Source of the DNA: Thermoanaerobaculia bacterium
GTDB lineage: Bacteria > Acidobacteriota > Thermoanaerobaculia > Multivoradales > Multivoraceae
Direction of reading: 5' to 3'
Length of the DNA: 64,000 bases
Assembly (NCBI GenBank): GCA_963664405.1
Contig: OY761158.1
Location: 3,296,001 to 3,360,000 of the forward strand
The position numbers were made by a program, and so were the translations under genes. This document shows, piece by piece, positions 39,678 through 49,083 of this stretch; position 1 is the stretch's first letter, and each line of letters starts with the position of its first letter. The notes under the pieces are model-generated. The model searched no databases and had not been told where the DNA came from. It worked only from the letters and a program-made list of their open reading frames with translations.

Positions 39678-40420
39678 AAGAATCGACCGTTCTCCAGATC
39701 GAGGGCCTCGAGCTCGCATTCGGCACTAGGGCCGTCGTCCACGATCTCTCGCTCGCCGTCGCGCAAGGCGAGGTGGTCGCGGTGGCGGGAGCCTCGGGAA
39801 CTGGCAAGACGACTCTCTTGCGTGCCGTGCTCGGTCTAGCTCGGCCGCGCCAGGGTGTCGTCCGTATCGCGGGACGCGAGGTGAGCCGAGGCGCGCGGAT
39901 TCTCGTTCCTCCGGAGGAGAGGAACCTCGCCGTCGTCTTTCAGGATCTGGCTCTGTGGCCGCACCTCACCGTCGCGCGCAATCTCGGGTTCGTGCTCTCG
40001 GCCAAGGGCTTCAAGAGGTCCGATCGACAGGTGCTGGTGGATGAGTGGCTGAAAAGAGTGGGCCTGGGCGACCGAGGTCGCGCCTACCCTGGAGACTTGT
40101 CTGGAGGCGAGCGTCAGCGGGTAGCTCTGGCGCGCGCTTTGGTCTACGAGCCAACAGCTCTGCTGCTCGACGAGCCTTTTGGGAGTCTGGACATCGCGCT
40201 GAAGGAACAGCTCATCGGTTTGGTGCGTGAGCTGCTTGCCGAGCGCCAGGTGCCGACGCTTCTGGTCACCCACGATCCCGACGAGGCCGGCGCCCTGGCC
40301 GACCGGGTAGCCATCCTCGAAGGTGGCACGATCCGACAGATCTGTGCCCCGGAGCAGCTGACGCCGTCGCCTCCTGGGTCCTTCGCCGAGTCGTTCGTCG
40401 GTCGTCTGTTACCGCGTTAG
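39674..40420 (+). CDS. ABC transporter ATP-binding protein
   Basis: GASGTGKT, LSGGERQR, LLLDEP and VTHD; GTG overlaps the permease stop. Confidence 0.9.
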   Translation: MKESTVLQIEGLELAFGTRAVVHDLSLAVAQGEVVAVAGASGTGKTTLLRAVLGLARPRQGVVRIAGREVSRGARILVPPEERNLAVVFQDLALWPHLTVARNLGFVLSAKGFKRSDRQVLVDEWLKRVGLGDRGRAYPGDLSGGERQRVALARALVYEPTALLLDEPFGSLDIALKEQLIGLVRELLAERQVPTLLVTHDPDEAGALADRVAILEGGTIRQICAPEQLTPSPPGSFAESFVGRLLPR

Positions 40421-40765
40421 CGAAGACTTGCGGATGCGGGCGGCGAATGCCGGGATCTCGTATTGATGGCTTGACGTGACCCCTCTGAGCGCGAGGGGCC
40501 GAGCGGTCCCTGCGACGCCTGGATGGTGTCGAAAGTGCAGAGATCGATTTCGAGGCTGCGACGGCGGTGGTCGTCGCAGAGCCGTCGACATCGAGATCGC
40601 GCCGGTCGGGCCGGTGTCGCGTATTTCCTTGCGTTCCACGAGCCCTTTGCTACACTGGCTAAAAAGGAAGTCCTTTTTAGCACTGCCTTAGGCTCCCCTC
40701 TCGACCCTTATGGAATGGGGGTTTCCGAGCCTCTAATCTGACTACCCTTTTTAGCCACCCCATCT

Positions 40766-40822
40766 ATGCCTTCATCCACCAAACGCGTCGCGATCTACGC
40801 CAGGGTCTCGACCATCGACAAG
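40766..40822 (+). pseudogene. Serine resolvase N-terminal fragment
   Basis: MPSSTKRVAIYARVSTIDK then similarity is lost; upstream GGCTAAAAAGG / CCTTTTTAGC repeats. Confidence 0.6.
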
Positions 40823-40861
40823 TTTGCGGAGGGCCTTCGACGCATGCATGTCTTTTCTTCG

Positions 40862-41282
40862 CGAGATCGCTGCGAATAGGCGCTCGATCGCACTCGATCG
40901 GTCATCGGCGAGCGCTACCACTACATGCGGAACTTCATCACCGACCGACCGTTGGCCCAATCGAACTACCGATCAAAGTGGCCCGCCTTCGCAAAGATCG
41001 AAGGGATGGCACAGAGAGGTGAGCTGACCGAAGCTCAGGCGGCGCCCTATGGCCAGCGCCCGGCCGAAGAACTCTACGATCTACAAGATGACCCCCACGA
41101 GCTCGTCAACCTCGCAAAGGGGTCTAGACCAGGACATCTTGGTCGAGATGAGAGAGATCGTCGAAGCTTGGATCGAGGATACCGGAGACAAAGGGCAGTT
41201 CCCGGAGTCGAGGGCAGCTCTGCAGATCGTCAAGAATCAGTTTGCGACGATGGCGATCAGTCCGGAGTTTCTCGATCTGTAG
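40862..41282 (+). pseudogene. Sulfatase C-terminal fragment
   Basis: RDRCE*ALDRTRSV..YHYMRNF...RPAEELYDLQDDPHELVNLA; internal stop and frameshift. Confidence 0.7.
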
Positions 41283-41351
41283 CAATGCCTGACGGGCCCC
41301 GAGCGCAGCCTGTAGCACGCAGCGCAACAATGTGCTTCGTGCTACAATAGC

Positions 41352-41582
41352 TTGATGAAAAAGATCACGATCCGTGAAATGCGCGCCTCCCTCGGGCGAC
41401 TCGACCAGATCTTGGACGAAGAGGGAGAGCTCCTTCTCACCAGACACGGCAAGACGGTCGCGCGCCTACTACCGGTGAGCCCAAAGCGGCGACTGCCCTC
41501 CCACCGGGATCTTCGTGAACGAATGAGCCGCGTCGGCTCGAGCGCTGAGATCGTGCGTGCCGATCGGGACGACCGAGGGTGA
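41352..41582 (+). CDS. Phd/YefM-family antitoxin
   Basis: ITIREMR...ELLLTRHGKTVARLLP; overlaps the PIN gene. Confidence 0.85.
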   Translation: MMKKITIREMRASLGRLDQILDEEGELLLTRHGKTVARLLPVSPKRRLPSHRDLRERMSRVGSSAEIVRADRDDRG

Positions 41583-42013
41583 CCGCCCCGTATCTGGACA
41601 CTTCGGCCTTAGCCAAGTGGTACATCAACGAGCCGCTCTCCGAACAGGTCGAGGACTACCTTTCCGCCCTGCCCTACGCCCTGATCAGTTCTCTCGTGAT
41701 CGTAGAGATGCGCAGCCTGCTACTGCGCAGAAGGCGCTCCGGCGAAATCGAGTCGGCTCTGGTTGAGCGTATTTGGACGACGTTTCGAGAAGATCAGGCG
41801 ACAGGCTCGCTGGTGGTCCTCGAGGTCAAGGACGAACATCTGAGATCCGCCGAGCGGCTCCTTGACCGAGTCGAAACACCGCTGCGAACGCTCGACGCCT
41901 TGCACCTGGCACTGGCGGAAAGCTCTAAGGCCATCGAGTGCGTAACAGCCGATCGGACCATGGCCGCGGGTGCCCGTGGGCTCGGGTTAAAAGTCAGAAC
42001 TTTCTTCGAGTAG
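41579..42013 (+). CDS. vapC: VapC-family PIN toxin
   Basis: YLDTSALAKWY, LRTLDALHLALA and TAD acidic motifs. Confidence 0.9.
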   Translation: MTAPYLDTSALAKWYINEPLSEQVEDYLSALPYALISSLVIVEMRSLLLRRRRSGEIESALVERIWTTFREDQATGSLVVLEVKDEHLRSAERLLDRVETPLRTLDALHLALAESSKAIECVTADRTMAAGARGLGLKVRTFFE

Positions 42014-42020
42014 GGTCGCC

Positions 42021-44795
42021 TCACGGCGAAGCCGGTCGCAACAACGTCAAGAACAACGACTGCTTGGGGTCTTTCGCCAGAAAGCGATCCACCCAATACT
42101 GGCCGGAGGGCGAGGCGACAACCTCGCCGAAGAGGCGCGCGTCGTTGGTCAGGCCATCGGCGAAGCCGCTCTCATAGCCCGCGCGCAAGGCAAGCAGTGC
42201 GGTCCGAGCGGCGTGCCTCCGAGCAGCCGCCAGTTCATTGGCGTCATCCTCACTCGGAGCCGGCGAGGCCATGATCGCAGACACTTCGTCATCCTCGAAG
42301 AGAGCCTCGACATCCGTCGCCTGTTCAGCGGCCAGAGCGTCCCAATCCGCTCGCTCCAACTCTCGGCTACCCGTCATCACCTCGCGAGCGATCTCGAACG
42401 CCCGCACCAGCGCCGTCGAAGAAGGATGAAGCTCGTGTGCCAGGCCCAATCGCACCGCCTCGCCACCGTTCACCGATTCTCCGTTGACCGCCATCTCGGC
42501 TGCCTTGCGCGGTCCGATCAGGCGAGGCAGCCTCTGCATGCCGCCGTAACCGGGAATGATCCCGAGCTTGACCTCGGGCTGGCCCAGGATCGCGTTCTCG
42601 GTGACGATCCGATAGTGGGTGCTCATCGCCAACTCGTTGCCCCCGCCGAGAGCGAATCCGTCGACCAGAGATACGACAGGGATCGAGAGACTCTCGAGAC
42701 CGGTGAAGACGGCCATGTTGTCGGCGGCCAGCCGCTCGAGAGCTGACGCGCTCTTGGCAACGAAGACCTGGATGTCAGCGCCGGCAACGAACGATCTTCC
42801 GGCGCCGCGCAGAATCAGGGCTCCGACGGGCTCTCCTCGTAGAGTCCCAGTTGTCGCCAGCTCTTCGACCATGGTCGCGAGCTGCGCCACCATCTCCTCG
42901 CTCAAGGCGTTCAGAGCCGCGGGCCGGGTAAGAGTGACGATGCCGACCTCATCGATCACACGCAGGTCGAGAAGACGATTGTTGGCCGGTTCTGCGGCCT
43001 CGAGAGACTGGCCGAGATACTCGGACTCGTAGTCGGCGATCGTTCGTCCCGCCCGATCCGCCTGCACCAGTGCGACACCTTTGGGCTTGGTCATCGAGCC
43101 GTCGAGCATCTTCTGTTGGATGGTCGGGAGCTGCTCGAGGTCGACAATCTCGAGATCTTCCTGGCTCATCACGATGCGCTTCTCGGCGAGCAGACGCACG
43201 GTCTCTCGAGCCTGTGCCGAACAGTACATATGGGAGCCAAGGATCGAGACGTCGGAGGCACCGCGAGCGACGATGAAGCCTGAAGGCATCGCGTCGGTCT
43301 CGTCGTGGTCGCGGAGCAGGAAGGTACTGAAGTGAAGCGTGCTCGCGTCGGGTCGCTCGACGATGAAGTCGGGACTGACACGAGGGCCAAAGACTCCCCA
43401 GACGGCTCTGCCGACAGCTCGGGCATTGAGCATGAACTCGGAGTTGTAGACCGGATTGGGCTCGCCTTCCTCGGTCAAGGGGTCCGGCATGTCTTCGCCG
43501 AGCTCGAAAAGATCTCTGTCGATGAGGCTCGAGCGCGCAACGCCGAGTCGATCGAGTGCGGCAATCCCCTCTTCCTCTCGTGAGTGCGAAGCGATCACCG
43601 CGAGCTCAGAGCCACGCTCGAGTGCTGCTTTGGCGAACTCGAGGGCATAGGCGTCGGCTCCCCAGATCAGCCCTCTTCTCCCCGGAAGCAAACCGATCTC
43701 GGCGAAGATCTCCCTCGGCGAGCGATGACGAAAGATCACCTGTTTCTGGCGCATCCACACCCAGCGGGCGTCCATGACCAGGCGCCTTCGATCGTAGAAG
43801 AAGGTCTCTTTGTACTCGCCCTTGAGCCCCTGGCCGGTGGCACCGAAGAACGCGAGCGCACCTTTGGGAGCGAGAACCGAGGCAAGCAGAGGGAAGTTCT
43901 TGCCGCCGGTATGTTCGAACACCTTGTCCACCGCCTGGCCATCATTAGCAGCCAGTACCGCCCGGCGGAAGGGCTCGGTCCTTGCGGCCCAGGCGTCGTA
44001 GTCCTCATCCTCGGACAGAACACCAAAGACCTCAGGTGGAAGCTCGCGACGATTGACAAAGGTGTCGGCGACGCCGCGCTCGATGAGGGACTCGGCCAAT
44101 TCTCTGTTCGAGCCCACCAGGACGACCCGTGCCCCCAATGCCTTCGCGATCTGGGCCCCCGCGAAGCTCGTCCCCTTGCCTCCCCCCATCACCAGAACCG
44201 AGTCTCCGGGACCAACCGCGAGCCGTTCGACCACGGCACGGTAAGCGGTGCCGTAAGTCAGAAGCATGGCCGCCAGCCGCTCCGGGCTGTGGCCACTCAA
44301 CTCGGGTGGCACGGCCACCGCCCGCTCTTCATCGACCACCGCAAATTGCGCATTGAAGCCGTCATGGCTCTCATAACCGCGGATGCTCTGCCCGGTCCAC
44401 GAGTCGAGAATCACGGCTTGCCCGACTCGGACACTGGTGACCGCCGCGCCGGCGTCGACCACAATACCGAGGGCATCGCTGCCGGGGATATGAAGGGTGG
44501 CGCTGTCGCCTCTAGCGAAGACCGGAACCGGAAGTCCGAGCGCGGCGAAATTTGTATTGAAATTGGGACCGGTGGCGAGGATCGAGACCAACACTCGACC
44601 GGCGTCGGCCGCCCCCAGCCGAGGCACGGGCACTTCTTCACAGCGGAGCACCTCTGCCGGGGCGCCGTAGTCGTCTCGATGCAAGGTCAGGGCGAGCATC
44701 GTCTCCGGTATCGAGCTCGCCAGGCTCGGGCAGACTCCAAGCGGCCAGCGTGAAGCTTCCGGTGGCGCACTTTCAGGCTGAGATATCTCGCTCAT
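42021..44795 (-). CDS. Enoyl-CoA reductase (Ccr/Pcs-like MDR) fused to enoyl-CoA hydratase
   Basis: GPNFN, HIPGSDA, TYGTAYRA, WMRQKQ and ILGSH in the reductase; FVAGADI, ALGGGNEL and GQPEVKLGIIPGYGG in the crotonase. Confidence 0.8.
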   Translation of the reverse strand: MSEISQPESAPPEASRWPLGVCPSLASSIPETMLALTLHRDDYGAPAEVLRCEEVPVPRLGAADAGRVLVSILATGPNFNTNFAALGLPVPVFARGDSATLHIPGSDALGIVVDAGAAVTSVRVGQAVILDSWTGQSIRGYESHDGFNAQFAVVDEERAVAVPPELSGHSPERLAAMLLTYGTAYRAVVERLAVGPGDSVLVMGGGKGTSFAGAQIAKALGARVVLVGSNRELAESLIERGVADTFVNRRELPPEVFGVLSEDEDYDAWAARTEPFRRAVLAANDGQAVDKVFEHTGGKNFPLLASVLAPKGALAFFGATGQGLKGEYKETFFYDRRRLVMDARWVWMRQKQVIFRHRSPREIFAEIGLLPGRRGLIWGADAYALEFAKAALERGSELAVIASHSREEEGIAALDRLGVARSSLIDRDLFELGEDMPDPLTEEGEPNPVYNSEFMLNARAVGRAVWGVFGPRVSPDFIVERPDASTLHFSTFLLRDHDETDAMPSGFIVARGASDVSILGSHMYCSAQARETVRLLAEKRIVMSQEDLEIVDLEQLPTIQQKMLDGSMTKPKGVALVQADRAGRTIADYESEYLGQSLEAAEPANNRLLDLRVIDEVGIVTLTRPAALNALSEEMVAQLATMVEELATTGTLRGEPVGALILRGAGRSFVAGADIQVFVAKSASALERLAADNMAVFTGLESLSIPVVSLVDGFALGGGNELAMSTHYRIVTENAILGQPEVKLGIIPGYGGMQRLPRLIGPRKAAEMAVNGESVNGGEAVRLGLAHELHPSSTALVRAFEIAREVMTGSRELERADWDALAAEQATDVEALFEDDEVSAIMASPAPSEDDANELAAARRHAARTALLALRAGYESGFADGLTNDARLFGEVVASPSGQYWVDRFLAKDPKQSLFLTLLRPASP

Positions 44796-44962
44796 GCGGG
44801 GCATCGTAGCGCAGAGAGGCAGCGGAATCTGTTTGCTAACGTCCAGCGCTCGAGCCTGAAAAGCGGCGCAATACGCAGGCGGAGGAGGACTACAGGCGCT
44901 GGTTTCACGGGCGGCTTCGGCTAGCGGAAGCAGCGCTGGCCGATCGAGACCTGAGTCCGAAC

Positions 44963-44980
44963 GCGCCGTCCTCGGCGCCA
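44963..44980 (+). repeat. REP-like hairpin GCGCCGTCCTCGGCGCCA
   Basis: Intergenic copy of the 18-mer. Confidence 0.6.
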
Positions 44981-44990
44981 AACAGCAATC

Positions 44991-45026
44991 TGATTTCAGA
45001 AGTGCTATTCAGCACTTCTGAAGTCA
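44991..45026. terminator. Strong hairpin at the end of the ACAD gene
   Basis: tgatttcagaagtgct-attc-agcacttctgaagtca; overlaps the stop; no clear U-tract. Confidence 0.45.
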
Positions 45027-46148
45027 GCAGAGCAGAAGGTCGGCTAGATGCTTGCGGTGGTGCATCGCGTCGCCGTACTGGCTCTGACACCAGAGTGCCC
45101 GGCGCAAAAAGAGTTGCGCGTCGCACTCATAGGTGAAGCCGAAGGCGCCGTGGAACTGGACAGCCCGATCGCCGGCAAAGGCGAAGGACTCGCTGGCCTC
45201 GGCCTTGAGCATCCTCAACGCCGTCTCGGCCTCAGCTTCTCCGAATACGGTGGCGGCGTGGTACAGATGCGATCGCGAGCGCTCGAGGCCGATGAGAATG
45301 TCGACCGTAGGGTGCTTCAGGGCCTGAAAGCTGCCGATCTTACGGTCGAACTGAGTGCGAGACTTGAGGTAGTCGACAACGATTTCGAGAGTGCCGGCGA
45401 TGCCGCCGCAGGATTCGGCTGAGACCAGCAGCAAAGCCATATCGCCGATCGCGTGTAGAGCCGCGAGCGCGACCTCGCCGCGAATCAAAGAACCGTCGTC
45501 GACTTCGACGCCGTCGAGAGTCAGGCGATAGCTGCGCCTGGTTTCGTCGATAACCGTTTCTCGCTCGAGCGCGGCGTCAGGAATGCGACTCCGCTCCAGC
45601 GCGATCAAAGCGGGCTCGTTGTCGAGAACGGTGGTGACCAGAAAGAGCTCCGCCTCTCCGGCATCGAGCACGAAGCTCTTGGCACCGTGGAGAGTCACCT
45701 TCGACCCCGAGACCTCGGCACGGCTGACACTGCTCTCGAGCGCCCACCCGCCCTCGAGATCAACCGCCGCTAGAGTCGCGATTGCGCCCTCGGCAAGACG
45801 AGGAAGCCACTCTTGTCGTAGTGCCTCGGCGCCGTTTCCGACACCCGCATTCAACAGACCCTGAATCACCAGCTGAGTGCTGAGGAATGGCGAAGCGAAG
45901 AGACAGCGCCCCATCGGCTCCACCAGGCTGACCAGCTCGACCGCTCCCAGCCCGGTGCCGCCGAGCTCCTCGGGAACCGCGATGCCTAGCCACCCGGCGT
46001 CGGTCATCTCGGCCCACAGATCTCGGTCGAAGCCGGTCTCGGAGGTCAGCTGCTCACGAGTAGATTCCACCGACCACTTGTCGCGAAAGAATCGGGTGGC
46101 GATGTCAGCGAGCATCGCCTGCTCGGGTGAGAAGAGGATCCCACTCAT
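45024..46148 (-). CDS. Acyl-CoA dehydrogenase, small partner subunit
   Basis: RTQFDRKIGSFQALKH and VQFHGAFGFTYE; start 46148 overlaps the upstream stop. Confidence 0.88.
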   Translation of the reverse strand: MSGILFSPEQAMLADIATRFFRDKWSVESTREQLTSETGFDRDLWAEMTDAGWLGIAVPEELGGTGLGAVELVSLVEPMGRCLFASPFLSTQLVIQGLLNAGVGNGAEALRQEWLPRLAEGAIATLAAVDLEGGWALESSVSRAEVSGSKVTLHGAKSFVLDAGEAELFLVTTVLDNEPALIALERSRIPDAALERETVIDETRRSYRLTLDGVEVDDGSLIRGEVALAALHAIGDMALLLVSAESCGGIAGTLEIVVDYLKSRTQFDRKIGSFQALKHPTVDILIGLERSRSHLYHAATVFGEAEAETALRMLKAEASESFAFAGDRAVQFHGAFGFTYECDAQLFLRRALWCQSQYGDAMHHRKHLADLLLC

Positions 46149-47353
46149 GACTTGTCCAGCCCGAGCACCCGCTCGCCGATGATATTCGCTTGGATCTGGC
46201 TGGTGCCGCCGCCGATCGTGCCGGAGAACGCGTTGAAGTAGGAGCGCTGCCACTTGCCGCCATCCGCTGCCTGCGGATCGCCCACCCAGAGCGCACCGCT
46301 CGACCCCTGGAGCGCGATGGCGAGCTGGAAGAGGCGGCGGCGATGCTCGGTGCCGCGGAGCTTCCCGGAGAGCGGAATCGCGTGCGGTCGCTCGCCCACC
46401 AATGCCGGGATCTTGGCACGCTCGCGGCACAGGCGGTCGCCTTCTTCCTCGATGAGGAATCGGACGAGCTGGTCTCGGATCAGCGGATCTTCGATCGCCG
46501 GGCGACCGTCTCGCTTGGCCCGTCGCGCCAGCTCGACTACATCCCCAACCCGAACGAACATCGACGACAGGCCACCGGCCTGGCCCCCAGTCGCGCCACG
46601 CTCGAACTGAAGCGTGGTCATCGCGATCTGCCAGCCCTGCCCTTCCTCGCCCATCAGGCAATCCGCCGGAATGCGGGCATCGTTGAAGAAGGTCTGGACG
46701 AAGCCGTACTCACCGGTCAGCTTACGAATCGGGCTGGTCTCGACCCCTTCCGCCGTCATCGGCGCCAGGAAGTAGCTCAAGCCGGCGTATTTGTTCGACG
46801 CGGCCGGATCGGTGCGCGCCAGCAGAATCATGTATTTCGCGTACTTTCCCAGGCTCGTCCACATCTTGCTGCCGTTGATCAGGTACTCGTCGCCGTCGCG
46901 CACCGCTCGAGTCTGCACATTGCCCAGGTCCGAGCCGTGATCCGGCTCGGAGAAGCCCTGACACCAGATGTCCTCGGCGCTGAGGATGCGCCGAATGTAG
47001 CGCTGCTTTTCCTCCTCGCTTCCCATGTGGAGGATCAGCGGGCCCGCCCAGTTCAAACCGATGGTGTTGGGTACGAAAGGCACGCCGTGATGAGCCATCT
47101 CGGCATTCACGATGTTCTGGAACGCCTGCGCCTTGCCACCCCCACCGTAGGCCTCCGGCCACGCCATCCCCAGGTACCCGGCTTCGTAGACCTTGCGCTG
47201 CCAATCGCGTAGGAACTCGAACTGCTGGTCGGTACCGACCTCCATGAACGACTCCGGAAGCAGGAAAGAGGGCTTGGGGGGCCGGTTCTCCTCGAGCCAG
47301 GCGACGACCTCGGCGCGAAAGTCTTCTAGTTGGGCGGGCTCAGGCTCTGGCAC
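46145..47353 (-). CDS. Acyl-CoA dehydrogenase, large subunit
   Basis: WCQGFSEPDHGSDL and IGGGTSQIQANII. Confidence 0.9.
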   Translation of the reverse strand: MPEPEPAQLEDFRAEVVAWLEENRPPKPSFLLPESFMEVGTDQQFEFLRDWQRKVYEAGYLGMAWPEAYGGGGKAQAFQNIVNAEMAHHGVPFVPNTIGLNWAGPLILHMGSEEEKQRYIRRILSAEDIWCQGFSEPDHGSDLGNVQTRAVRDGDEYLINGSKMWTSLGKYAKYMILLARTDPAASNKYAGLSYFLAPMTAEGVETSPIRKLTGEYGFVQTFFNDARIPADCLMGEEGQGWQIAMTTLQFERGATGGQAGGLSSMFVRVGDVVELARRAKRDGRPAIEDPLIRDQLVRFLIEEEGDRLCRERAKIPALVGERPHAIPLSGKLRGTEHRRRLFQLAIALQGSSGALWVGDPQAADGGKWQRSYFNAFSGTIGGGTSQIQANIIGERVLGLDKS

Positions 47354-47449
47354 GAATCAATCCTCCGGTTTGAGTCTCGACCAAGTCGAGCGTGAAAGGT
47401 ATCATCGCGCTCTGCTCGCCGTCGGCGAGGCGCCGCCACATTTCTTCCT

Positions 47450-49081
47450 ATGCCAATCCTACGCTCCAACATCGACACCCGCTCCGAGTCCTTTCAGAAG
47501 AACCGTTCCGACGTGCTCGAGCAGCTCGCCGAGATCGATGTCCTCCTCGAGGAGGTTTCGCAGGGCGGCGGCGAGGAGGCGATGGCGAGGCTGCGCTCGC
47601 GCGACAAGATGCCGGTTCGTCGCCGGGTTTCGCTCGCGCTCGACCGCGACACACCCTTTCTCGAGATCAGTCCGCTCGCCGCCTGGAACACCAATTACAC
47701 GGTGGGCTCGGGGTTCCTGGTCGGCATCGGCCAGATCTCGGGGGTCGAATGCGTCATTCTCGCTCACGACCCCTCGGTACGAGCCGGCGCATTCAACGAG
47801 TTCAATGCCAAGAAGCTGATGCGCGGCCTGCAGATCGCCCGCGAGAACCGTCTTCCCTATGTCCAATTCGTCGAGTCGGCCGGCGCCGACCTGCGAGGAT
47901 CGCGGGGCGACGACCCGGAAGCCGCTCTGATGCGGGAAACCGGCCACTTTGCCGAGTCCGGCCGTCTCTTCTACGAGATCTCCGAGTTGTCGCAGATGCG
48001 CATTCCAACCATCTCTCTGGTTTTCGGCGCGTCGACCGCCGGCGGCGCCTACCAGCCCGGGATGAGCGACTACAACATCTTCATCAAGAAGCAATCGATG
48101 GTGTTTCTGGGCGGCCCACCGCTGGTGAAGATGGCGACCGGCGAGGACTCCGACGCGGAAAGTCTCGGCGGTGCCGACATGCATTGCAGGGTCTCAGGCC
48201 TCGGCGACTATCTCGCCGAAGACGAGCTCGACGGAATCCGCATCTGCCGCGAGCTGATGACCCATCTCAACTGGCGCAAGGAGGGCCCAGGTCCGACGCT
48301 ACCGCCCGACGAGCCGATCTACGATCCGGAGGATCTCTTGGGCCTGGTGTCGAGGGACCTGCGCTCACCGCTCGATATCCGAGAGGTCATCGCCCGCGTC
48401 GTCGACGGGTCGCGCTTCGAAGAGTTCAAGCCCGTCTACGGGACGACCCTGATTTGCGGGTGGGCTTCGATCCATGGCTTTCCGGTGGGCATCCTGGGCA
48501 ACAACGGAGCGCTGCTCTCCGAGTCGGCCGAGAAGGCCACCCAGTTCATCCAGCTCTGTAACCAGATCGATGTCCCGCTATTGTTCCTCCACAACATCAC
48601 CGGCTACATCGTCGGCAAGGACTTCGAAGAGGGCGGCATCACCAAGAACGGCTCGAAGATGATCAACGCCGTTACCAACTCGACGGTGCCTCATATCTCG
48701 GTCATCGTCGGCAACTCTTACGGCGCCGGAAACTACGGCATGAGTGGCCGTGCCTACGGCACTCGCTTCGCCTTTATCTGGCCGACCGCCAAGATCGCGG
48801 TCATGGGCCCCAAGCAGATGGCTGGGGTGATGACGATCGTGGGTCGCAACGCGGCGAAGCGGCGGGGTCTCGATTTCGACGAAGAAGCCAACGCAAAAAG
48901 GGCGGAGACAGTGATCCACTGGGGGGAGAAGCGCTCGCTTGCGCTGCACGCGACCTCTCGCGTTTCGGATGACGGTCTCATCGACCCACGCGACACGCGC
49001 ACGACTTTGGGCATCGCCCTTTCGGCCTGCCACAGCCGCGAGGTCAAAGGCACCAAGGGCTACGCGGTATTCAGGATGTAA
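47450..49081 (+). CDS. Acyl-CoA carboxylase carboxyltransferase subunit (AtuC/LiuB-like)
   Basis: VESAGADL, STAGGAY, FLGGPPLVK and SYGAGNYGM. Confidence 0.9.
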   Translation: MPILRSNIDTRSESFQKNRSDVLEQLAEIDVLLEEVSQGGGEEAMARLRSRDKMPVRRRVSLALDRDTPFLEISPLAAWNTNYTVGSGFLVGIGQISGVECVILAHDPSVRAGAFNEFNAKKLMRGLQIARENRLPYVQFVESAGADLRGSRGDDPEAALMRETGHFAESGRLFYEISELSQMRIPTISLVFGASTAGGAYQPGMSDYNIFIKKQSMVFLGGPPLVKMATGEDSDAESLGGADMHCRVSGLGDYLAEDELDGIRICRELMTHLNWRKEGPGPTLPPDEPIYDPEDLLGLVSRDLRSPLDIREVIARVVDGSRFEEFKPVYGTTLICGWASIHGFPVGILGNNGALLSESAEKATQFIQLCNQIDVPLLFLHNITGYIVGKDFEEGGITKNGSKMINAVTNSTVPHISVIVGNSYGAGNYGMSGRAYGTRFAFIWPTAKIAVMGPKQMAGVMTIVGRNAAKRRGLDFDEEANAKRAETVIHWGEKRSLALHATSRVSDDGLIDPRDTRTTLGIALSACHSREVKGTKGYAVFRM

Positions 49082-49083
49082 CC

